Shown piece after piece: positions 36,665-50,020 of a stretch of DNA of 64,000 nucleotides (positions within the stretch are counted from its first letter, which is position 1; each line of letters starts with the position of its first letter). Made by a program: the position numbers and the translations under genes. The stretch is from assembly GCF_000143415.4 (NCBI RefSeq), contig NW_003314419.1, positions 153,941-217,940 on the forward strand, written 5' to 3'. The notes beneath the pieces were generated by a model, which was not told the DNA's origin, searched no databases, and saw only the letters and a list, made by a program, of their open reading frames with translations. This DNA comes from Selaginella moellendorffii (taxonomy: Eukaryota; Plantae; Lycopodiophyta).

Positions 36665-38332
36665 CAAAGCCCACAGAGCAGCAGATTTCTTCTTTACCTT
36701 CTCAATTCAAGCTGTAGCGACTGTATCTTGGTTGTACTGTCATCACTTTTGTATTTTGCTGTTTCGAGAGAGCTTGTTGATTAACACTAACTGCTGGCTT
36801 TCCATCTGCTCACGTAACTCATTTTGCTTCCTGCATTAAACAATATTAGCACCTCCATGTCCTGGCCAGCAATCTTCAGGTGGGTTGACATATTCTTGTC
36901 ATCATAAACACAACCGATCTGCATTCTTGACTGCAGCTCTAAACATGCACTGGATTCTATACCACAAGCTTCTCTACTTATATTGCCAAAAGATTTCAAT
37001 TGAAGATTATCAGGAGAGTTTGTTTTGACATTGCAGGCACAGGTAGTGGATGGTTTTTTTAAAACTCTTAGAAGCTACTTAGAATTGCTATATGCAGATG
37101 TACACACTCACACGATCATAAAAGTTCAATCTAAAAATGAGCACAAGAGTCACAATATTAAAAAAAAATATAAAAGCTCTTTATCCTGGTCAGTTGTTTG
37201 CTAATACTCAGCTCTTCTTGGTATATACTGAGGCTGTTCTACCGATCTTTTGATATGTGTACACTGGTAGCTGTGTAATTTTTTATTTCTTTCTTGATTC
37301 CATCACACTTTTATCCAGCTGAGGGAGTGTATCTTCATTTATAAGAGAAAAATTTGAAACAAGAAAAAAACCACTCATAGTAAGTTAATTGTTTTACAAA
37401 ATGGAGAAAAAGAAGAAAAAATTCACCCAGATGGCAATGAACCGTTAATGGCAATGAGGTGAACATTAAAAGCTGCTAGAAGATGGTGGAGATCACTGGC
37501 CATATCTCTGCAGTAACGATTCTCACGTCAGCAAAGGAGGAGAAAAAAAGCAAGAAAACAAATAAAAAACGAGTGTAGACATTAAAATACTTTACTGTTT
37601 CAAAGAATCTCAAACTAATGGCAGTTCCATTGTTTGAGCTCTACGATAATGTAGGTAAGAGAAGAAACATGTCTTTCAGGGAGGAGAACCATGCAGAACT
37701 TCTTACACTCCTGACACAAGAAATAATAAAAGAAATGAGAAGATCATACAAAAGAGTTATGAGTAATGATACCTTTGGTTTGATGATGTGAGGAGGGCAG
37801 TAAGGATATGGCAGCGTCTCAAATTTTGGTTTCTACCAAATTGCCACAAACTCTTCAAACTGGAAGGAATGGAAACGAACAAAACCAAAGTTCTTTATGT
37901 CTTCGTGTATATCCATCATACCTGTTCAGGCTCGATTGAAGCTGCCATTGGAGCAACCTTTCTCATGAGCTTCCTCTTCAATCCTTCCACCTCTAGTCAG
38001 CAGAGTTATCAAGGTTAGCAGAGTGAGTGATGAAAGAAAGCTTCTTTACCGTTTTTCTCCAGACCTGAGTCTTCCTCCGGGAAGCTCGAAAACGTATTCT
38101 GCTGCTCGTGGGCGATGGCAGACCCTACAAGATCTTTTTCTCTGTCCCTCATGAAATCTTCGTCCCTGCACCAACCTGCTCACCGACACTGGCTTTGCCA
38201 CTACATACAAGTGAGCGTTCCCAAACCTGATGGAGAATTCTCGTGTGACCTTGAGATCTTCTCACTACTGCTGCTGCGACTCCGACTTACCTGTAGCATG
38301 AAATCGGCTCTACCATTGGGACTTCTAGACAG
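36665..38332 (+). repeat. Left arm of a ~1.7 kb inverted duplication (partner 56017-57737)
   Basis: Reverse-complement colinear with 56017-57737, with small indels and rearrangements. Confidence 0.88.
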
Positions 38333-38619
38333 CCTTTCTGTCACCATGCTACAGTTAAAAACTGTGACACAAAAACATACCCCAACCGAAGAACTTTCTT
38401 CACATGCTACAGAAATGCGAAACAACATGATGACTTCAGTTCCAACCCAGGCCCAGTGCATCTGGCATATCTCTTTTTATTGACCCACCACAATGATGAG
38501 CATCTCTTATGCTAAGAAGAAAATGTAAGATTTTAGGTAATAGCTTATAGTGCCACAACTTCGTCTGTTTGTACCAACTGTCAGCATTGCATACTTTGTG
38601 GAGTCATGTAGAGGCTGAG

Positions 38620-39413
38620 ACTCTGTAGGTTCTGTTGAAGGTGTTGTAGTGAGCATCAATGATATAGGCTAAAACAGTGGTCAACTTACAATAGCAGATA
38701 ACATCGACAAGTCTGATATGATAATAGAGCATGTGGATTCCAGACAATAATCTAATGACAGCTCAAATTCCATGGCAATATGATGGAATTATTCAAAGAG
38801 TTGATGAATGAATTTTTTTCTGGAACTCCACCAACAAGATGTTTCATTAATTTACAAGAAGACAGTTATTTCAAGAAAGCAAATGTCATAGGCATGAGCA
38901 TTATTTCATGTATAATAGATGATGCCAGAATAATTCCTTGACACTGTTTTTCGGAATATTGCAAGGGAATACACAGGGGTAAGTGCAAAAGGAAATGAAA
39001 CAAGCCCATATTAAATACATGTTGTTTTGCAGATACCTGGATACTTTGAAGTAGATAAGCTCCATTCAGTTTTTATACACACAGTTTGTTCATCATGCTG
39101 TGGATCAAGATTGCAACAAACTTCTAAAGGTGAAGCAATATGTAAAATATGTAAATATGCAGGACCTATAAAGGAACACACCACGCTAAAGGCCCAGCTT
39201 CACCTTGGACAAGACACGTTCCAAGTAACTATACCTCCGCATTTGGTTGATCAACTGTATGGAACAAAAGTGTCTTGGAATGAAGACCCTACAAAAGCCA
39301 AGCACTACATGTTTGGACATTCACCAGAGGGAAAATTCTTAATCAGTGAGTCCAAAGATGTGCTAGCATTTGCACCAGAAAGAGAAAAAGCTTACCTCAC
39401 TTTCAAAGTGTAA
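38620..39413 (+). pseudogene. OB-fold/zinc-ribbon (RPA C-terminal-like) gene remnant, probably Helitron-borne
   Basis: VCSSCCGS...ICKICK followed by TLKAQLHLG..F.VTI resembles the RPA70 DBD-C zinc ribbon. A decayed SVEGVVVSIND lies upstream. Confidence 0.45.
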
Positions 39414-40443
39414 TCAACAAGTTCTTGCATTCTAGAAACTTTGACATTCCTTCAAAAAACTAAACCTTTGCCTTTACATCTGTGCCTTTACTCTTTGATT
39501 TCTGATGTTGAAGTATGTGAAGCTTTTATGCAGAATTGGTCAGATTCTAAAAACAATGCACTGGATCTTTGCACGGAAATATGGGGAACATTTGAAAGAA
39601 CCCGGCACTTGAGGTGATATGCTCATTAAAGTTTGTGATTTGTTTATCTTGAGGCATCTTTTTTTTTAGGCACTTCAAGCATTGACTTACATGGGAACTT
39701 TCATTGATGGGGTCAACAATTCCATTGAATATATTCCCAACCTTTCAACATCAGAAGGTTTGTAAATTCAGCTGTTTACAAACCTTCCTAATTCTCCCAC
39801 TAATGTATTACATACCTGGAAAGAGATGTATATAATGGCATTGCATGGATCACACTGCTTTGTACAGTCCAATCAAATATACAGGCCCACTGTGTGGGAT
39901 TGTTTAGGCACGTTCATGACAAAAACTCATGGATTATGACGTACTCTACTCGCTCAGATAACTACAACTTAATGTTCTGCTCAGCAAGCAGCCAGAAGAA
40001 TATCTGGTCTGTCTCTAGAGATTGCAAAGTTGTGTCAATGGTCCAAGACGATGGAACTGAAGCCAAAGTGATAGATGTTTACAATCTCAATGTGCCTTTC
40101 ATTGGTGATCCAATGAACACCAAAATGCATATCCTTCAAGGTTAATGTAATTACAGAATATGTATTTAAAAATCATGATATAGAAAAGGCTGAACTTCTT
40201 ACAATCGAGTAAGCTTTCCCATACTTTCACACAAAACTTTTAACATAACCACCTATGAAATCTCATGCTTGAATATTTCTTTGTTAATATAAAGAAACAA
40301 TATAAACGAAAAGCCAACAACTGAAATATATATGACACTCCCAGATTTTTCTTCTGATATATCTTTTATAAAAAAATAAACAAAAAATGATTACATTTTT
40401 TTTGTCTGTTTCATATCAAGGGAGAGAGTTCTAAGAAGCTGAG

Positions 40444-41652
40444 ATGCCAATTAAGGACAGCGGCCACTGCTACTGATGGTCTTTTCATGCCAAGGTGACA
40501 CACAAAGGGAAACTTGTATTCTTTTAAACAGGCACAGATGGGTGTGTTATGTCAGTTGATGTTGCTGATGCATAAAGTTCCGAAATATATATTGCTGGGT
40601 TTGGCGAGAATGCAAAGCATCTTTCAAGCGAGATTGAGCAAGGCAGTGTGTATATATTTTCAGGGAACAGTGGTGTACAGCACTCTAAACCAGCATATAC
40701 ACCATATAAATCAAATTGGGAGATAAAAGCAAGCAAGACTATGGAGATCAAGTGTGCAGAGGATGATCTACGTATTCCAAATGTTGTTCTTAATAGAAGG
40801 AGTGTTTTAGATGCTTCTAAGCTCAGCCAAGAGACATTTGTAGATGTGATTGGCGGTGTAATGTGGATTGGACAAACATTTCTCCTAAGGATTCTGGAGC
40901 ATTCATGAGAAGGAGGATGCTTTCTTTGAGTGATGAATCGGGCCACAGTATAGACATGTGTCTGTGGGATTCAGAGGCTGAAGATGAAGGTTCAGAAATC
41001 AAGGAGAAACCTGGACAAGGGGAGAGGCCTATTGTATGCGTGAAGGGCAGCCAGATTTCAGATTACAATGGCAAGTCCATTTCAATCACAGGTGGCTCTA
41101 ACCTTTTAGTTGATCCTGAATTAGAAGATGTCTCATGGCTGTGTGAATGCTAGCTACAACACAACCATATTTGTCCATGTGACCAACTCTTCTTCTAAAG
41201 CAGTGATTTCTGGTACAATGAGATGTTGTCTATCAACCTGAAGGTTTCTGAGTTCTCTGCTATTTTTCATGTTATTGTGTCGGTGAAAGAATTCCAGACT
41301 GGTGACTTCTATTACCCAGCATGCATGAAGGTTGTCAATGGAAGGCAATGTGGCAAGAAGGTTACTCAGGTCTCAGAAAGTATGTGGCAATGCAACTCTT
41401 GTGACACTGATTTTGGAGATATTCACTTCAAATATGCACTACACTTATGTATTCTGGACAGCACTGGACATATATGGGCAGTTGCATTTGATGATGCTAA
41501 TGAAATTGTAGAGATGCCTGCATGTAAGCTGGCTGCACTACAAGATGATGATTATACTGTTTTTTTTACCGTAATGGACTCTATTTGATCAAAGATGTAC
41601 AATCTGAAGTTCGTTGCAAGCTTGAGAGCTACAGAGATACCAAAAAATTATA
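40444..41652 (+). pseudogene. RPA1: RPA70 (replication protein A1)-like intronless pseudogene of Helitron type
   Basis: WSFHAKVTHKG..VMSVDVAD..SEI (DBD-A); FVDVIGGV..RRMLSLSDESGHSIDMCLW..ISDYNGKSIS (DBD-B); FYYPACMKVVNGRQCGKKV..WQCNSC..LCILDSTGHIWAVAFDD (DBD-C). Contains stops and frameshifts. Confidence 0.88.
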
Positions 41653-43645
41653 GTTGGACTTGACACTTAAAAGAAAAAATGTGCAAGAAAACAAAAAGTA
41701 TGTTTTATTTCTTTCTACTATTGTTTTATAATTTGTTGTGTGTGGTATCAGGTTTCTAAGTATAAGCCAAGTTGGAGCTTTCAAACCTAATGTTGTGTAG
41801 AAGTTGATGAATGATTAAAACAATATGTAGTACTGTACTTAGTTACAAATTGTTTAAATTTACTAAGTAGTGGCAAACATTGCTACAGAATAGATTTAAT
41901 AAATATAATTTTTGTTACATATAAAAATGTGAATTAATAAATCATTTTAAATAATAAAATGATAATATTATCACTAATGTATAATTTTAATACTGTAATA
42001 AAATATTATCACTAAATTATCAATATTGTAATAAAAATATTATAATATGCATATATCTTAATAATATAAATTAAATTTTAGTACATAGACTATTTTTTTT
42101 TCTAAAACTATGAGTCTATGATATAGATCATACCAAATATGGTAAGTCATATAGAGCAGAATACAAAATAATAATCACTGCTGCTGCCACCATGATCATC
42201 TATATACGTGTATGATCTTTTAAAGTTTTAGCTTCTTCCTCTCACAAAATATCAAGTTTCTAGATTTTCACTCGTGCAGCCATTCATATCGAACCTATTT
42301 AAGAGTGGAATTTCATAATGAGTAATTCCACTTATCAAAGATCAAAGATAAAATGTTATAAGTTTTATTTATTATGTTATGATGTGTGTTGGTGATCAAG
42401 TAAATTGTAGAAGGAAATTTTTAAAATAAATATTATATTATGTTTAACCATATATTTTATAATATTTATTATATTAAAAATTATAATTATGATTATAAAT
42501 CTTGTGTAAAATACTTTTTTTATCAGTAATCTTATGGTACTTATTAATACGAGCATAAATAAAATTAAACCCATTGAGTTGTCAAATGGCTAAGATATAG
42601 TCTAAGGTTTATATATTATCATAAAATTTTCTAACACTTAATCCTACATTGCATTTATACATGAAAAAAACTGCGATTTAATTATATCAGATCTATCTAT
42701 ATAACATTCATGAATTTTCTAATAAATTATAATTCTAGCATAAAGAAAAGATTACATATCATGAAACCCTACTCTACCCCAGTATAGAGTAAAACATTAC
42801 CATTCATTTATCATAATAAAATTTCAGCATTCATAACAGTTTTATAAAGCCTTAATTTTAAATATATTTACATGAATATAGAGAGATAATAATCTTATTT
42901 CAGATTAGAATTCTCTATATATAAAAATATAGAAAAAAGAATGTTTATGTTAAATAATAGAATACTTCTAATTTTAAATATTACTCTCAAAATGCATAAA
43001 TATAAATATTAGGTAAAGAGGTAATATCAAAGATAAATATGTAAAATTTTAAAATTTTTTGAAAGAAAAAATAACACATTAACCTAACATCTTTGACTTA
43101 GTATCATGCAATTCCAAAACTTTCAGTCTGAAATGAGGAAAAGATAAACTCCATAATAATATTTATATTTTTATAAATTTAAAAGATGTTTTTAGTTTAG
43201 ATGAGTTTATATATATCATCATTATATTTTAGTGTACTTAAGTAACACTTACTTTCTTAAGAGGAAAAATTGTAGAGTTGAATGAATCATCAAGTAATAA
43301 TATTGTTTATCAATTGTATAGAGATTTCAAATAAAAGAAAACATTAGTTATTAAACCTCAATCTCTAAATGACTCATCTGGCCATGGGATCCCACAGTGA
43401 GCAATTCCATTTATAGAAGATCCAAAACTTCACTAAACAATCAGTTTTAAATATGATATAATGTAATGAGTTTTAATTATTATGTTATGATGTGTGTTGG
43501 TGATAGATTCAATTTTAGAAAGGATTTTTAATATAAATATTATGTTATGTTTAACTATATATCTTATAAATATGATTATGTTAAAAATTACAATTACACT
43601 TACAACTCTTTGAAATTAATAAAATATCAGAAATAAACACGATGC

Positions 43646-43672
43646 TCCCAGTGTAGCTGGGACTTTTGCTAG
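43646..43672 (+). mobile_element. Helitron 3' terminus (hairpin + CTAG)
   Basis: TCCCAGtgtagCTGGGA-cttttg-CTAG|T, downstream of the RPA gene and an AT-rich tract. Confidence 0.75.
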
Positions 43673-44275
43673 TAAACATTTTTATCTTGGTAGAAGATCT
43701 AAGACTTCGCTTGGCACTCTGATTATATTTGTTATGTTATGAGGTGTGTTATAATTATTGTCAATTGCAAATGAGATTTTTTTCTATAAAGATTAACTAT
43801 ATAAATTATAACTATGATTATGTTAGAAATTATGATTAAATTTACAAATTTTGAAATCACTAAAATATCAAAAATAAATACAGCAAGGTAATGGCTCAAA
43901 TTGGCAAACCCTTCTCATGTGGATAACTACAATACTATTCCACTTAGCAAATTGTTAGAAGAACATTTGGGCAATCTCAAGGGACTACAAGTTTGTTTCA
44001 GTGATCCAGATTGATGGCATTGAAGCCAAAGTGATAGATGTTTACAATCTCAGCATGCCTTTTATTGATAATCCAAAAATAATCAATGTGCAAAAAGAAA
44101 ACCAAGAAAGAGAGAGGATGATGTTTGAGTACCTGGTGGATGACAAATCTCTTCAGGAATCATGGCTGACGAGCACACGAGAAATCGAGTTGGCTGTAAT
44201 TACAACAATTCCAAAAGGTCAAGAATGAAATTTAACTCAGAGAAAAATCAGCTTCTTTTTATAGACAAATTGAAA

Positions 44276-44678
44276 AGGCATTAAAAAAAAAGCCAGCATG
44301 CAGGCAAATGATGAACATATTTCACCCATATGATCCTGTTGCCTACAGATATCAATATACTTCTGTGTTAGCAGCGTTTACATTTATCATTTCGTCCTGA
44401 TTACAATGATATCTTTTATTTTTGGAGAAAGTCAGTGAATATCTCGGGTCACAGTGCTTTGGAAGTTTTGCTATCAAAGCTAGAGGAAATTCTTCGGTTG
44501 GGGTATGGTTTTGTCACAGTAGTATGGTGACATAAAGGCTATCTAGAAGTCCCAATGGTACAGTCGACTTAATGCTACAGGTAAGTCTTGCTCTTTGCTA
44601 TCGCGTCATTCTCATTTGGATCCAGGATACAAAATTTGAGCACCACTACATATCGCTATCTGATAAACAACAGCAGTG

Positions 44679-44719
<41 letters not shown>

Positions 44720-45299
44720 AGTTGGAATAACAGCAGCAGCAGCAGCATCATCACCAGCGAGAGGATCTCAAGGCCATGAGAATTCTCCACCAGGAGTTTG
44801 GGATCAGTCACATGTACCTAGCAGCCAGCTGAGAAGGGCAATGTGAGGGACAGGACGAAGATCTCACAAGAGACAGGGACGAAGATCTTGCAGGGTCGGC
44901 CATCACCCACGAGCAGCAGAGATTGATGAGGTCACTGATTTGCTCTCTCACTTTGGAGCCATTTCTGCTCAACCCAGTGGCAAGGTGAGCTTCAATGTGG
45001 TGGCAGTGATCCACCATGCATTTCTCTATAGGGGCACGGTGCTGTACAAATCCAATTAGTCTGGAGACGAGGAGCATCGTCACACCCATGGACGTGTATT
45101 GATTATTGTGACACACTAGGTAGGTTCCAATCCAACTTCACCAACTTGCAGAGAAAGAGAGAACTAAGAAAGACAAACAAAGAATAGTGACCATGGCCAT
45201 GTCTACATGTTTGAGGACAAATTAAGTGAAGTGGTACCAGATTCAATTGTATTTGTGTTGTAATCTACATTATTTATAAGGTGTCTCCTGCCCTTGACT
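44276..45299 (+). repeat. ~1 kb direct duplication (partner 54995-56018) with (GA)n and (CAG)n
   Basis: Colinear. Parts recur at ~47090-47190 and, inverted, at ~38100-38400. Confidence 0.88.
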
Positions 45300-47324
45300 A
45301 AATAGCAACTGTCCTTCCCTCTTCACTCTAAGTGAGCACTCTGACCTACACACATAACAGTAACATATGTGTCGAGAAAGCCCACTGCTCAGTTCAAGCT
45401 CAAAGTCACTTTGCTTCTCTACATTTATATCAACAGCTACTCTACATAATCAGGCTGTGTACTCCACATGAACCATGGAGCCTATAGTTGGCCTGTCGCA
45501 AGACATCTCTTCTCCTCTGGTATTCCTGTTGAAGAACTAAGCAACAAGCAATACAAAGCTTACACCATATCACTCACGGTCACTTTTGCAAGGGCTTACT
45601 TAAATTCCAAGCTTGCACGGACTCAGAATCATGTAAATATGAGTGCACACTCGCAGTTATGCTTGCTGTCCCTCAGAATTTTTCTCCTCTTTAGTGCTAC
45701 TGATATCAGAGCATTTATCAAACAATTGCTGTGCTATCTCCTCTGCATGTGAGTGAGCAAAGGGAATGAGTTTCACTCGAGCAGGGGTACCAATGGAACC
45801 GCACACTCACTAAAGAGAATCCATTCATTGCGAAGAGGAACCCACCAAAAAGAATCCCTCACGTGCTGTTTAGAACTGTCATAGCAGGCCGGAAGATAGG
45901 GTTTCACGCATTCTTCCAGGGCTTGAGTATGGAGTTGGGACGGTAGCATTCTCTGTGGTAGCACCATTGCTAGGGATCTCAGTATACATGTTCTTGGGGA
46001 GCTTTATGGAACCGCTCCACTGGAATCATCTCCACATGGTGGGGGTAGCCTGGAGCAGATTGTTACGATGATCCCTATTTGTCTCTGTCTTTCTGCACAT
46101 GATGTGGTGGAGAACACAAGGACAACAAAAACATTGGCTTGGCGTAATGAGCCTCCGGGAAAGTCCTGCAAACAGTTCCATACGGTTTTAAAATATTTGC
46201 AGTGTATGGATCACAGATGTGACCCTTGTACTCAGTGTACTGCTTAACTCTTCACTTATTTCCTCTGGGGATGATCAGAAAGTAATAACTTGAAATAAGA
46301 AGACAATGTTTTCTCTGCTTCTAGATTTCCAGGCACTTCCACTCTTGCATGATCCTCCTGTGTGGCGTGAGATGATGATAATGAGAATGTGGATAATGTG
46401 GACTTATCACAAGAGCACTACTGTGGCAAACTTTCTCAAGAGAACTAAACTAATACAAGATGCAGATAGGTTCATCAAGAGAATGTCATTCACTTCTTTA
46501 GTGACTGCTTAGTGCCTGTAAATTCACAAGGACTTGGAGAGATGATCAAAAGGTGGCAATGGATATGCTTAAGTGTGTGAAGCGTGAGCATATGAGTTCC
46601 GTGCTTTGTAGGAGCTTCATTATTGCTGATACCAGCTAAATTAAGTTTGACTTGAATTCAAACTATCTCTTTATTTTCTATCTAAGTCACGTGTATATGC
46701 ACTGTTAGCACAACTATTATATAGAAACTGAATAAGAGTTTTGATGGATGGCTCAAAAGAAGTTAGGTTGATTCAAAAAATACCTCTCCAAATTTTTGAA
46801 GAGATGGAGAATGATAACTCCACAATGGTGAGATGTGATGGTAAGAATTAAGGACTAATGCTTGACATAAACATGAAGTTTACCTATGTATGTATTAAGT
46901 TTCTAAGCATAAAAAGTGGCAAGAGGAAGATGGATAAAGACAATAAATTCTACACAACCATGCAAACAAACCGTCAAGTAGGCAAAAATCAAAAGTAAAA
47001 GCAATATAAGTGTTAGATAAAATGCAAAACATCATGGATGAGTCAACAAGAACCTGTCAAGTGAATTGCAATAAGTACAACTATCCTTTCTTTGTGATTA
47101 CAGAGTGGAACCTCTGATATCTATTCTTTTCAGAGAAAGTCAGTGAATATTTTGGGATACAGGTAATCATTGTGCTTTGTATGTTTTGCTATCAGAGCAC
47201 TCCACATTCAAATATATATAACCACAGATACCACCTACTCAAAAATAAACTGGATATAACCATAAAGGAAGTGCATAGAAAGAAAAATAGGCAGCTAGCC
47301 TCTTCCCACTCTTTCATGCACTGT

Positions 47325-48010
47325 GCTCCATGAACAATGTGCGAGTGGAATCCCGAATGGGACAGCCTTTCGCCTGAGGGCGTGAAATACATTTGCCTCG
47401 ACAGCTTACAGGTGCTCAACTCCAAAACTCTGGAACCGGTTGCCAAGGACGGTGTCACCATTGGTGAAGTTTGCATGCGTGGGAACATGGTGTTCAAGGG
47501 GTACTTGAACAATCCAGAGGCAACGCTGGAGAGCTTTAGAGGAGGATGGTTCCACTCTGGGGACTTGGCAGTTTGGCATCCCGATGGATACATCAAGATC
47601 AAGGATCGAGCCAAGGATATTATCCTTTCTGGAGGGGAGAACATTAGCAGCCTGGAAGTGGAGAGCATCTTGTACAGGTAAAAGGAGAGTTTTTTCTTCT
47701 TTTTTTCTCGTCAAAGTTTGCTTCTTTTTCTTCCAGGCGTCCAGCAGTGTTGGAAGCTGCTGTGGTGGTGCAGCCAGATGAGCAGTGGGGCGAGTCTCCA
47801 TTGTGCATTTGTGTCCCTCAAGCACGGCGTGAGAAGCAACAAGGAGGAGATACTCTCGTTCTGTCCACAGCATTTACCAAAGTTCATGGTGCCAAAGAGC
47901 GTCCGTCATTCTCATGGCCTTGGACAAAACTGTGACTGGCAAGATCCAAAAACACGTGCTGCGCAGCAAAGCAAGAGCTCTTGGCAGCGTCAAGCAAATC
48001 AGCAAGCTCT
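47325..48010 (+). pseudogene. Acyl-activating enzyme (AMP-binding, AAE clade I-like) 3' fragment
   Basis: CEWNPEWDSL, GEVCMRGNMVFKGYLNNPEAT, GWFHSGDLAVWHPDGYIKIKDRAKDIILSGGENISSLEVE, KTVTGKIQK. One intron, frameshifts, and the N-terminus is missing. Confidence 0.9.
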
Positions 48011-48129
48011 ACAAGCCAACTATTGAACTTGTAAAGCTTGAAATCGTTCACAGCCCGGAAAATCCCAAGTCTAGCTTGGCAGTTTTAAACCGGTCAGCTA
48101 CTGTTCCGTCTGTTGTAATGTACTGGAAT

Positions 48130-49175
48130 GACAAATAAATAAATAACATGCATGAATCAAGAACGCAATTCATCTACCTCAAACAGTAGCTTTGTCTTAT
48201 CAGCTGTAACTCTTGCATATCCAAATCCCAACCTTCAAATCAAGCTTCATGAACTAAACTGTCGACAAAAAAAATTTTAAAAAAAAGGTAGAATATCAAT
48301 ACCATATAAAGAGCTTGAATATAGGAAACAAAGCTGCAAGCTTACATTACGAGGGAAGTCATCCAGGCTGAATTCAGCCATGCCAACCACGGCGTGAACT
48401 GGAGCTGAGTAAATTCTAGTGTCAAAGAAATCAACGCCCACTAAATCCTTGATCGGGTGCTGCAGGCAGTGGCCCTGAAACACAGCACAAGTTCGCTCAT
48501 AGTTGTGAACATGCCCCCACACTGCTAAATCAACCTGTGCAAAAAAAAAAAAAAAAAACAAAAACGACAGTTTCATTCTAGTTTTCCCTTTGAAGAGCTT
48601 GTGTTTTACCTTGTTTCTCAAGAGCAATGGTTCCACAGCTGCTACAAATTTTGGATCCACATTTGGTAAAGTTTACAGTTGAGTGGAGTACATAGGTCGA
48701 TGACTGAAAGAAAAATAGCACACATGAGTTTACAGAATGAAAATGTGGATAAAAACAGTTACCTTGTGAAAACTATCCATGGTGTACTGAATCTGTCGAC
48801 AGATTCAAGGTCGGATTTCATCCAAGCATACTGTAGAAGAAGGTTTCATTGAAGTAAAGATGAAAAGAATAAGAATGCATACTTGTTTGCTGGTCAAACT
48901 CCAGTCGTGTTCTGTAGAGATGACTGTGAAATGCACGGGGCTGATAGCCATCGAGTACCATATGTCTTGGACAAGCATCCGAAAATAAGTTCGATATGGG
49001 ACTCCACACTTGCCACCTGAGTCTGGTGTGTTATACAAAGATCCTGAGCATGGATAATCTCTGAAAACCACACAGATCAATCTACAAGTTTTCATAAGAC
49101 TTTGTGAGTACCTCATGCGGTTTTCAATGGCTGTCATGTACACAGTCTTGGATGCTACTGGAACAGTGACAGAGA
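48130..49175 (-). pseudogene. Purple acid phosphatase / nucleotide pyrophosphatase-phosphodiesterase 3' fragment
   Basis: YMTAIEN, RDYPCSGSLYNTPDSGGKCGVPY, VHFTVISTEHDW, SVDRFSTPWIVF, VDLAVWGHVHNYERTC. Introns are retained and the N-terminus is absent. Confidence 0.88.
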
Positions 49176-49633
49176 AATGGAGGCAAGACCCAACAGCTAC
49201 GTTGTGGATAGATTTGTAAAAGAGAAAGCAAGCCATACACTTTCAGCCAGCATAGCAGAACACGTAAACCAACCTTATCAAAGATGGGGCACCATGCATG
49301 CAGCACTGTACGCAGCACCATTTTCTTACCAGAAGAAAATATAATTTACATGTATATATTACTGAAAGAGAATTCTGCACATAATCCCACACACAGGGAA
49401 AGCAGGAGAGAGGGAGAACCTTGCAGTAACCCATAGATTTGCCTGCTCTTTACATAGCCTGTGGTTCTCCTTGCTCTCGTTCGCCCTAAAAGCCACAATT
49501 AAAAAATTTCTGATTTGAAAAGTTACAACCTTTTGTAATTATATCTCAGCCGTTAGATCTTGGCATATGCCCAGAATAAGCGTCCCCAGCATATGTTATT
49601 ATTATACCAGCTTTTTCGTTTAAATAATGAGTA

Positions 49634-50020
49634 CTAGTAGAGACCCCAGCTCTGCTGGGAGATATAGCATACCTAATATAATCATAATGATAACATGCAT
49701 ATTTAAACATCATATAATCTTTATATTAAAAATCCCATCTACAATTGACTCTATCACCAGCACACATCATAAGATAATAAGTATAACTCATAACATTATA
49801 CCACATTTAAAACTCTGATTGTTGACTGAAGTCCTAGATCTTCTATAAATGGAATAATTCACTATGGAACCCCATGGCCAGATGAGTCATTTAGAGATTG
49901 AGGTTTGGTAACTGATTTTTACATTTATTTGAAATCTATATAATTGATAAACATATATTATTACTTGATTATTCATTCAACATTATAATTTTTCCACGTA
50001 CTAAAGTAAGTGTTGATTTG
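49634..50020 (-). mobile_element. Helitron 3' terminus and subterminal region (inverted homolog of 43250-43672)
   Basis: Minus strand: tCCCAGCagaGCTGGG-gtctcta-CTAG|T. 49660-50020 is the reverse complement of ~43250-43620. Confidence 0.78.
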